From NCBI GenBank assembly GCA_048772705.1, contig JBLWGC010000139.1:1-21440 (forward strand): DNA of 21,440 nucleotides, in the 5' to 3' direction. The translations under genes were made by a program, and so were the position numbers. The notes below the pieces were generated by a model, which had not been told where the DNA came from, made no database searches, and saw nothing but the letters and a program-made list of their open reading frames with translations. Shown here one piece after another: positions 1 to 9,082 of the stretch (the first letter of the stretch is position 1; each line of letters begins with the position of its first letter). This DNA comes from Leidyana gryllorum EB-2025a. Lineage: Eukaryota; Protista; Apicomplexa.

Positions 1-155
1 ATAGATTTCCATTAACCTACCTATCATTAGCCAAATTCATGTCGTCCGAATCAACACCCAAATATCATGCATAACTTGACCCCATACACATATTCTTACA
101 GATACCCACTCACTCCAATACACAACGTCCACGATACGCATTGGACTCACGACAT

Positions 156-1288
156 TCTTCTCAACACTCTCAATTCAACTCGATGTATTTGATTCCCCTA
201 TATCTAGCATTACAAGCTTTTATACCGATCCTAATACTCCCTCATTCAACAAGCGAATCGCTAACTCACTCTAGACCCTCACACCCTAACAGACAAACCA
301 TCTAAACCAATATAATTCACACATAACCTCCCAACTTGCTCCATATCCACTTAAGCAAACTGAGCATACTACACATCACAGCACAGTTACGCAAATACAT
401 GCGATACACTCACGCAATCCTGCATCTCCAGCTCATATAGTCTCACAAACCTGTCAACATACTAAGCAACACAACTATATCGTCACAGTCTTTTATTAGA
501 ACAGTACACACCACATCAGACCTTACTTGCGCACGCTACAGCAACCGCAACGTGTAGAGAATCGAAAGCTAAACACTCGCAAACACGCAAACACAGTACA
601 ATGCAGCGATAACCAAGCACATAAACCAAATAATCCAAAAGCAAACAGCAGTCACAACAGCCATCGAAGCCGACCGAAACGCCGAACCAAAGGTTACAGG
701 CAAACTAGTCTTCTCAACACTCTCAATTCAACTCCGATGTATTTGATTCCCCTATATCTAGCATTACAAGCTATTATACCGATGTAAATACTCCCTCACT
801 CAACGAGCAAATCGCTAACTCACTCTAGACTCCTCACACCCTAACAGACAAACCATCTAAACCAATATCACTCAGACATAACCTTCCAAGTTGCTCCATA
901 TTCACTTAAGCAAACTGAAGCATACTACACATCACAGGACAGTTACCCAAATACACGCCATACACTCATGCAATCATGCATCTCCAGCTCATATAGTCTC
1001 ACAAATCAATACATAACAAGCACGATACCTGTCAACATGCTAAGCAACACAACTAGATCGTCACAGTCTTTTATTAGCACAATACACACCACATCAGACC
1101 TCACTTGCGCACGCTACAGCAACCGCAACGTGTACAGAATTGAAAGCTAAACACTCGCAAACACGCAAACACAGTACAATGCAGCGATAACCAAACATAT
1201 AAACCACATGCTTCGAAAACAAACAACAGTCACAACAGCCATCGAAGCCGACCGAAACGCCGAACCAAAGGTTACAGGCAAACTAGTC
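156..1288. repeat. Diverged tandem duplication, two A/C-rich units (156-708 and 709-1286)
   Basis: Both units start TCTTCTCAACACTCTCAATTCAACT and end CCAAAGGTTACAGGCAAACTAG; unit 2 has an extra ~21-bp insert near 1007-1027. Confidence 0.93.
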
Positions 1289-1838
1289 CTCTGCGGGAGA
1301 CACCAACTACGCCAAAGGCGGATTTCTGACGGCGCTTGACCTCGGTCAATCCGCCTTACTTGTGTTGTAACCCCAAGTCGCTACTCAAGGGGAACGAGGC
1401 CCAGTTCTCACCTCTGCATACTTTCGACCACAAGTCAGACTTAGAACCAAGTTAGTATTTTTGCCGACAAGTCTACCACGAATATGTCGCACACGACGGC
1501 GCAAAACAAGAACTACGACTTGTTGTACCAAGTGCAAAAGTTATCTTAGGCCGCCTCTTGCCTAGTCCAACTCTGACTTAGCCAACTTGCTTGCGTGTGT
1601 CTCTCGCTCTGGTGTCTCTCTCACTCCACCCATGTGCCAGTCGCTCGCACTCTTGCGGAGCCTCGCGCTGGACACACACGGTAGTTCTCCCCGACACCAC
1701 ACTCTGATCATTCATGTGAGTGTCTGCACAGTTACACTGTTGCAGAGAGCTCAGACCACTAGGGTGCATTTGCCTTTACGCTTTAGTAGTGGTTGCTTTA
1801 CGTTCGTTAATAATGCCTTTTCACCATCTTATACATGC

Positions 1839-1929
1839 CCCTATATAAGTGCCAAATATGTAGGGAAGTATCCAGATGGATGTTAATTCGATTGGAAATT
1901 TCACCAAGTCGAATCTGGCCACCCGATAG
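1839..1929 (+). repeat. Fragment of a family B LTR variant
   Basis: CCCTATATAAGTGCCAAATATGTAGGGAAGTATCCAGATGGATGTT matches ~6447-6492 and 18387-18432; ends in ACCCGATAG as in copy 1. Confidence 0.75.
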
Positions 1930-1934
1930 GAAGT

Positions 1935-2950
1935 TGACCATCAGGCAAACACGAACTACAACAGTAACCTCCGTTCCTGCCCGTCGGACCACGCAAGTAC
2001 TCCGGTTCTCCGTAACCTCGATTACCTCGCACGGTTCACTCCACCTAGGCGCTAACTTGACCGACGGATACTTCTCGCGCTCGTAGTCGCTTAGTCTCAC
2101 GACAACCCAGGTACCCACAGTGATCGGCCGATCGTGTGTCCGGCGGTCATACTGTTTCTTCATCCTGTCGTGGTACTTCGTCAACTCGCGTCGTGCCCGC
2201 TCTTGAGCCTCCTCTATGACCTTCCTCAGCTTCTTGACGTACTCCTTCCCTGGCGTGAGTCTGCGGTTTCTTCCTCCCCCCCTCCGGCGAGATGCGGCCA
2301 TCGTCCATGAGTTAAGGCGAACGGGGACGTGTGGGTGGCAGCATGTTCGGTGATGTTGTAACCGAAGGCGATCCCAGGGAGGTACTCGTGCCAGTCGTTC
2401 GCGGTATGGCCGGTCAAGGCGGAGAGCGAGTTGTTGAGCGTCCGCATGAATCGTTCAGCGTAGCCACCCCCTTGTGGGTAGTAGGCGGTACTGAAGATCT
2501 TCTTGATACCGAACCATTGGCACACCGCATCGAGCAGCTTGGCACGGAAGCTGGGTCCGTTGTCGGACAAGAGCCGACGGGGGCATCCATGTCGACAGAT
2601 GACGTGGGTGTACAGGGCTTGGATGACAGTGAGGGTAGTTTGATCAGCCGTGGGGACGAGCTCAACCCACTTGGTGAACTGATCGACGAAAACCAGGACG
2701 TAGCGATACCCGCCTGACTCGGGGTATGGAGCGCAGAAATCCATGGCGACCGTGGCCCAGGGATGGTCCGGGACCTGTGACTTGATCGGCCATGTGGCGT
2801 CGACGGCGGTGACGTGTACAAACCTCGCACTGCTGCAACAGATCGCGGACGTAGCCCACCGAGATTTTTGCCAGGTATTGGCCTAACAGGGGAACACTGC
2901 GAGGTAAGTCGTCGGATCCAATATCTTCATCACACCGAGCATGCACCTCG
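1935..2950 (-). pseudogene. Degraded Ty3/gypsy integrase from a different family
   Basis: Pieces in three frames: YVRDLLQQCEVC (zinc finger), MDF...VDQFTKWVE...SDNGPSF...STAYYPQGGGYAERFMRTL (catalytic core), MKKQYDRR...KLAPRWSEP (GPY/F region). Boundaries approximate. Confidence 0.88.
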
Positions 2951-4002
2951 GAACGCTCTGTGATGCTGGGTACTCGTGTTGGAATCAAACGGTCACCACC
3001 GAGTCCTAGGGCTCGGCGAGCCTGCCTCACTTGTGGAAGACCTCCAATGTGATTGTCTAGCGTCGGCTCACGCCACACCACCATTCGCACCTGACTGAAT
3101 CAGTGGCAGCAAGAAAACACTTGAGCATAAAATTTAAGTCAGATTGCGAAATTGGAGGACACGCGATTACCTGTCTCCGTTCTCCCCGTAGGAGCGGCCT
3201 GTGAACGCAAAGTTTACCTCCGCATCTTCGAGATCCTCGGCCTCTCCAAATGGCTGATCACACTCACCCCGTCCCCGTCGCCCCCTTACGAGACTTCTGG
3301 CGGCATCACTGGAGAGTTCCTGCGTCCCAAAAGTGGGATAGTGAGACTTCGACGGGGTTGGCAGACTTGCTGGTCAAGACCACACTGACAACAACAATGC
3401 GGTATGAGGGTTGCATACCAGTCCTACACTCGCCTGCCTCGAGTATTGTGCCCTCGGGTGAGCCCATGAAGTCTTCTGATACCTTCAAAGACATCATCAG
3501 AGGCCACTTGAACATTGCCACCAATAGGGCAGCGATGCAACGAGCTTTAGAAGATGAAGGGCTGAATTTCAAGATTACGATGACCTGTGATACTGGATTG
3601 TGACCGGTTGTATAGGTTGGTCATCCTCCAAGTCTTCTTCTGGGTCGATAGAAGGGTTCAGCTAGAGTTCCATTCCTACGGCCTCGGGCTCCGACGGAAG
3701 GCGGGAAGTTGAGCGGGTGATATTCATTAGTGAATTGCTTTCAAGCACGCAACGAAAAGTCCTAAGCACACGTGTGTTCCCTATCTGTTCCCATCTGCCG
3801 CTCCGGATCCGCCTCCCTCCGGATGTGTCATAGCGGCTCTGTGGCGCTTAAGTGGCACAAAGGCGGTATGGTGGCTTTGGGGGTGCTTAGGATCTTTGAC
3901 CCCTCTCCCTACTACGAGCTGCGGCTCGAGTGTGACAAATCTAGCTTTTAGACGGGCCCATCTGGGTCGCAGAAGCCGGCTGTCATTGAAAACCAACATC
4001 AC

Positions 4003-4267
4003 TGTAAGAAGACGAACGGTCTTAGCGTGTAGCTGGAAGAGTTAACACGAAGTACGCTCTACTTATCTGTTGTCCAAAAATTCTAACTCTCCTGATGTTT
4101 CGCCTGTCCCAACTGTCCCTTTCCATGGATCCCGTTACTAGCCCAATGGGACACTGGGACTTGGGACTATCTCAGGGTGAGCCCTTCGCCATGTGTATGG
4201 TAAGACTTGATATCGCTTCTCGAGACTTTCGTCTCGGAGTAGCAATCCGGAATATCATGTCCTTACA
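4003..4267. mobile_element. Family C LTR, second copy (265 bp), opposite orientation to 8250-8524
   Basis: TGTAAG...CTTACA ends; diverged reverse complement of 8250-8524; flanks ATCAC and CGACC do not form a TSD. Confidence 0.85.
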
Positions 4268-4789
4268 CGACCGCTCCGATCTTTCTAGTGGCTTGTGCTT
4301 GCGTTATCTAGTGGCTCTGGTGTCAGTGCCGCATCTATACTTCACGAAATAGCTGGCGCAACCACGAAAACCTTCCGCGTAGGCATACAAGAGCTTTTGG
4401 ATCTGCACGGGCTCTCCGAACCATCCATCGCCCTATCTACGACGACACGGTGCTGAGAGTCATCGTGGAGGACATTGTCGCTCACATACCAGCGGAGGGC
4501 TCTCAGCTTCCGTTGGAGATCACCGCGAATGGGCGAATGGGCACAAAACATATGGGAGGGGGGCCTCGCTGTTCTCTTATTTCAAATTGACAATCTCTAT
4601 CTTATTGGGTAGCGCCGTACTGGTAGCGGCAGCCCAGGTTCTTGTTGCGCGTCATCGGGCAACATACAGGCCGATGTCAATATTGGCCAACTCGACGTCC
4701 GCGTTCGACGTAATCACGAACACGGACAGCACGAGAACGCTTCGACTTCAGATCCGCAAGCCCGACGATGGTCCAAGACGCACAGAGAT

Positions 4790-5002
4790 GCTGGATCGTG
4801 ACGGCACACTGATGACCCGATGGTCGGGTGCCTGGTCCATGATATACGTGTCGTTGGCGTTGTCGGTGGGCTCTCCGTTGAATTTCTTTAATCTGTTGGC
4901 ATGGAACCGTTTCAATCCGCGCCAGCTGGGTGGCATGTCCAGCTCAAAAACGTCTGTGTCTAGACGACGCAAGATGCGTCGGGGGGCGGTGTACGGTTGT
5001 GC
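4790..5002 (-). pseudogene. Remnant of a chromovirus-like integrase C-terminus
   Basis: AQPYTAPRRILRRLDTDVFELDMPPSWRGLKRFHANRLKKF...TYIMDQ aligns by eye with family A ALPFCGPFTILESCGCDTYKLDLPDSWGMYPKFHSSRLEKW...LYIMQD. Confidence 0.75.
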
Positions 5003-5006
5003 AGGT

Positions 5007-5751
5007 TGTGCAGGTCGGCGACCGCAAGGGTTAGCCCGACCATTACCGCAGGTTTTTTGGGGGTTCTTATACCAGAAACGTCTTTTAGTGAACTAGGAAT
5101 TTGATTAGAAGCTCTAGACTAGCTCTCTCGCTTACCTTAGGAATAGTGGTGGCCTCATTAGGTAGCAGCCAGGTTTTAGGCGAAATCTCACCGCTAGAAT
5201 AGGAGATAGGCGACTCTCGAGCTCTCTGAGACACGAGAAAGCCTGATTTTGCAAACATGACACTCGCCAAACTTCGATTGGCTCGTTCGCTACAGCAAAC
5301 GAGCGTCCAATTGAGATATAAGGGTCATCAGACTCCTTAATTTTACTCTCGTACGGCTCGCAAGCAACAGATAGCAGGCCAAACGAGCCACGTTTCCCAA
5401 GCTTTGGTGTGTGGGACGTGGGACTTGGACTGTTATTTTTTCAGATTCAAAAAGTCTTCCCCAGACCTGACCTTGTGCCACTCAAACTGGTTTGGCACGT
5501 TCCCACACGAGTAAGTTCCTACACCTTATCCGCACACATCCCAGATAGCCCCCGAAGAGCTTCGCAACTTAGCGAACAACTGGGAGGCCCCGCGCCCCCA
5601 ATTGCGAGTAGAGCTTCAGCCAATGGAGCCTGAACCCCCCGTTGTTCGCTTTTTTCCCCAGCCAGCTGACCCCTCCCCCATTCACTGCCTCCCCCAACCA
5701 ACATCCAGTGGGCCCCCTCTTAGCATGCCACTGAGTAATTCTCAGTCTCCC
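5007..5751. repeat. Dispersed repeat D, copy 1 (class unknown; may extend further right)
   Basis: Collinear, same orientation as 20710-21440, from TGTGCAGGTCGGCGA to TTCTCAGTCTCCC. Confidence 0.88.
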
Positions 5752-5919
5752 TCAGCCTCGGTCTCCTCTACTGAGGTCATCGGCTGTCTCTCAACGGTTG
5801 TTCAAACAGAGTTGTCGAGCACTCGCAGAGACTCACTCACCTCGACGGTGGACCTCAAGCCATTGCCAAGGCTGGCAACCCCTACACCTCCCCTAGCTCC
5901 CCCTACTCCACCTCATGTG

Positions 5920-6733
5920 TGTTATTTGCCGTGCTCCCACTCTCCAGAACGATGGCTTGTCGTCCGAACCCTTCGTCCCGCGTATTCTGAAGGATATAGT
6001 TGCAAGAAATATTTCATGCATTGCGGACGAGCCGCACACGGAAAAGACAACACGAGGACTACCTGAGTCTTCCGGGGAAAAGACTTCTTGTATCCTGTTG
6101 TTGTAGAACTCTGACCGTCGCTCCTGTGTCCGTGTCCTCTCGCCGTCCGCTGCGACTCTACGCTGGCGTCGTCCAGCCTAGGGCTGTCCAACTGAGTAGT
6201 AGCTGTAGCCGTAGCGTCGAGCCAAAACCCAATACCAGCTAGAGTCCGGACCGTAGTCGGGTCGTCGAGGCGCACGTCCTGAGGGCGAGGTAGAGTACGC
6301 CGGGAGGTGACTGTAGAGGCCAAGGGTCGTAGTCGGGAAGGTAGCGTGTGGTAGCGGGCGTGTGTGTAGGTCGTAGTAGGGCACGGGCGTGGTAGTGGTA
6401 GCAGGGATTCCGTAGGTGATAGGTCGTCCCCCTTTTCAGAGGTACTCCCTATATAAGTGCCAAATATGTAAGGAAGTATCCAGATGGATGTTCATCCCAC
6501 TGGCGGAATCACATAGAGTCAGAATCCGGAACCCGATAGTGAGGCACCCGATAGTTATGGGACACACTCATAGGTTGAACGGGGACTCGGAGTCGAGCCT
6601 GCTGATCCACTCGCCCTACGACAGCACTACCACACTAAGCTTAGCTCTTCAGCTGATCAGTTCATGTTCTTGATCAGTTCATGTCGCTTGTGCTACCTTG
6701 AATCCGGTCGTACGCCCGACTGCGGATATAACA
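5920..6733 (+). mobile_element. Solo LTR, family B copy 1 (814 bp)
   Basis: TGTTAT...ATAACA ends; TSD ATGTG at 5915-5919 and 6734-6738. TATATAA at 6450-6456 was used to infer orientation. Confidence 0.9.
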
Positions 6734-7014
6734 ATGTGCATCGAGGATACATGAAGTGTGAGATTTGCGGGAAAAGATTCCAAGTTGAGATGGGCAACAT
6801 CATCTAAAACAAAAGATGGTGAGACGGTAGTGTTGTGATATAAGATACACGAAGTGATCACGTACGAGAACAAGACATGTAATAGGTGAGCCCCATACAG
6901 TTGCCAATCCCAGTGCAAATATTTTGCGTGTTTTTCCTTGTCGTCATCCTTAACCCGTTCCAGTCTCATCGAAATTTTTACACAAATTTTCGCAAGTCTA
7001 CCAATGTTGTCACC

Positions 7015-7849
7015 TGTTATGTCCGCAGTCGGGCGTACGACCGGATTCAAGGTAGCACAAGTGACATGAACTGATCAAGAACATGAACTGATCAGCTGAA
7101 GAGCTAAGCTTAGTGTGGTAGTGCTGTCGTAGGGCGAGTGGATCAGCAGGCTCGACTCCGAGTCCCCGTTCAACCTATGAGTGTGTCCTATAACTATCGG
7201 GTGCCTCACTATCGGGTTCCGGATTCTGACTCTATGTGATTCCGCCAGTGGGATGAACATCCATCTGGATACTTCCCTACATATTTGGCACTTATATAGG
7301 GAGTACCTCTGAAAAGGGGGACGACCTATCACCTACGGAATCCCTGCTACCACTACCACGCCCGTGCCCTACTACGACCTACACACACGCCCGCTACCAC
7401 ACGCTACCGGCCCGACTACGACCCTTGGCCTCTACAGTCACCTCCCGGCGTACTCTACCTAGCCCTCAGGACGTGCGCCTCGACGACCCGACTACGGTCC
7501 GGACTCTAGCTGGTATTGGGTTTTGGCTAGACGCTAGGGCTACAGCTACTACTCGGTTGGACAGCCCTAGGCTGGACGACGCCAGCGTAGAGTCACAGCG
7601 GACGGCGAGAGGACACGGACACAGGAGCGACGGTCAGAGTTCTACAACAACAGGATACAAGAAGTCTTTTCCTCGGAAGACTCAGGTAGTCCTCGTGTTG
7701 TCTTTTTCCGTGTGCGGCTCGTCCGCAATACATGAAATATTTCTGCCAACTATGTCCTTCAGAATACCCGGGACGAAGGGTTCGGACGACAAGCCATCGT
7801 TCTAGAGTGGGAGCACGGCAAATAACAAGTGGGAGCACGGCAAATAACA
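7015..7849 (-). mobile_element. Solo LTR, family B copy 2, inverted, with a 22-bp terminal tandem duplication
   Basis: Reverse complement of 5920-6733 with scattered differences; TSD TCACC at 7010-7014 and 7850-7854; AGTGGGAGCACGGCAAATAACA twice at 7806-7849. Confidence 0.9.
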
Positions 7850-7924
7850 TCACCCTTATCCCGTTACGATTTTTTTTAAAATACAAAGTTGCCACCAGTT
7901 TTTTTCTATCGTCTGAAGTTGACC

Positions 7925-8146
7925 ATGACACAGAAAGCCCTTTGTGACACACCCACTCAAGCTGACGCTGAGGCTCTCGCCCTCCCCATTGTACCAACTA
8001 CGGTTCCCGTGGAAGCCTCCACCAACACTGAGGTCGAAGAAGAAACCTTCGAGACCACCCCTCCTGAGTCGCCCCCCAACGGCCCCGCTGCCCCCTCTAA
8101 CGACCCCGCCGAGAGCTCCTCCCCTTCTCTCACACAGGTAAACTAG
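7925..8146 (+). CDS. Possible short ORF or first exon, Pro/Thr/Glu/Ser-rich, function unknown
   Basis: GACCATG context after an AT-rich leader, many C-ending codons, possible donor CAG|GTAAAC at 8137/8138; family B copy 3 follows immediately. Confidence 0.3.
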   Translation: MTQKALCDTPTQADAEALALPIVPTTVPVEASTNTEVEEETFETTPPESPPNGPAAPSNDPAESSSPSLTQVN

Positions 8147-8151
8147 TCCGC

Positions 8152-8920
8152 GCTTGCCGTCCGAACCCTTCGTCCCGGGTATTCTGAAGGACATAGTTGA
8201 GAGAAATATTTCATGCATTGCGGACGAGCCGCACACGGAAAAGACAACATGTAAGGACATGATATTCCGGATTGCTACTCCGACACGACAGTCTCGAGAA
8301 GCGATATCAAGTCTTACCATGAGCAGAGCGAAGGTCTCAGGAGCGTAACCCTGAGATAGTCCCAAGTCCCAGTGTCCCAATTGGCTAGTAACGGGATGCA
8401 TGGAAAGGGACAGTTGGGACAGGCGAAATATCAGGAGAGTTAGAATTTTTGGACAACAGATAGGTAGAGCCTATTTTCTTGTTAACTCTTCCAGCTACAC
8501 GCTAAGAGTGTTCGTCTTCTTACACAACACGAGGACTACCTGAGTCTTCCGGGAAAAGACTTCTTGTATCCTGTTGTTGTAGAACTCTGACCGTCGCTCC
8601 TGTGTCCGTGTCCTCTCGCCGTCCGCTGTGACTCTACGCTGGCGTCGTCCAGCCTAGGGCTGTCCAACTGAGTAGTAGCTGTAGCCGTAGCGTCTAGCCA
8701 AAACCCAATACCAGCTAGAGTCCGGACCGTAGTCGGGTCGTCGAGGTGCACATCCTGAGGGCGAGGTAGAGCACGCCGGGAGGTGACTGTAGATGCCGGG
8801 GGGTCGTAGTCGTGACGGTAGCGTGTGGTAGCGGGCGTGTGTAGGTCGGAGTATGGCACGGGCGTGGTAGTGGTAGCAGGGATTCGGTAGGTGATAGGTC
8901 GTCCCCCTTTTCAGAGGTAC
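8152..8920 (+). mobile_element. Family B LTR copy 3, left part (5'-truncated, interrupted by a family C LTR and the family A dimer)
   Basis: 8152-8249 matches ~5956-6051 and 8530-8920 matches ~6052-6445; continues at 18386. Confidence 0.88.
8250..8524. mobile_element. Solo LTR, family C (275 bp), nested in family B copy 3
   Basis: TGTAAG...CTTACA ends; TSD CAACA at 8245-8249 and 8525-8529; empty site GACAACACGAGG visible at ~6046-6057. Confidence 0.92.
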
Positions 8921-9082
8921 TGTAGCCTTGCTCGGCGCTACCTGCTAGGGTCGGTTGCACTGCTCGGCCGCTTCGTAAGTCCATCTGTTTTTTGTTCTAG
9001 TCTAAGTTCGTGCGTGTGTCCAAAAACTCGTGTCTGTGTCTCCATGCCGGTCCGTGCCGGTCTCCCCGGAGACACGCTTACA
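8921..9082 (-). repeat. 3' LTR of family A (162 bp)
   Basis: Sense strand TGTAAGCG...GGCTACA with TGTA/TACA terminal inverted repeat; preceded by the PPT and followed by the TSD. Confidence 0.97.

Noticed and set aside
3090-4000. ORFs 3250-3603, 3306-3572 and 3781-4002
   Set aside because: Short, with no recognisable motifs; cannot be assigned without a database search.
5922-6323. Recurrent ORFs MASTVTSRR... (also 7425-7805 and 8536-8859) and MIGRPPFQR... as a gene family
   Set aside because: All are family B LTR sequence, most start at non-ATG codons, and the MASTVTSRR frame shifts between copies.
5920-7827. Single foldback or TIR DNA transposon with ~810-bp terminal inverted repeats
   Set aside because: Each arm has its own TG...CA ends and its own 5-bp TSD, and the outer flanks do not match each other.
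8134-8149. ACAGGTAAACTAGTCC matching the tandem-unit end at 1274-1289 (15/16)
   Set aside because: About one such match is expected by chance among all position pairs in a window this size, and homology does not extend.
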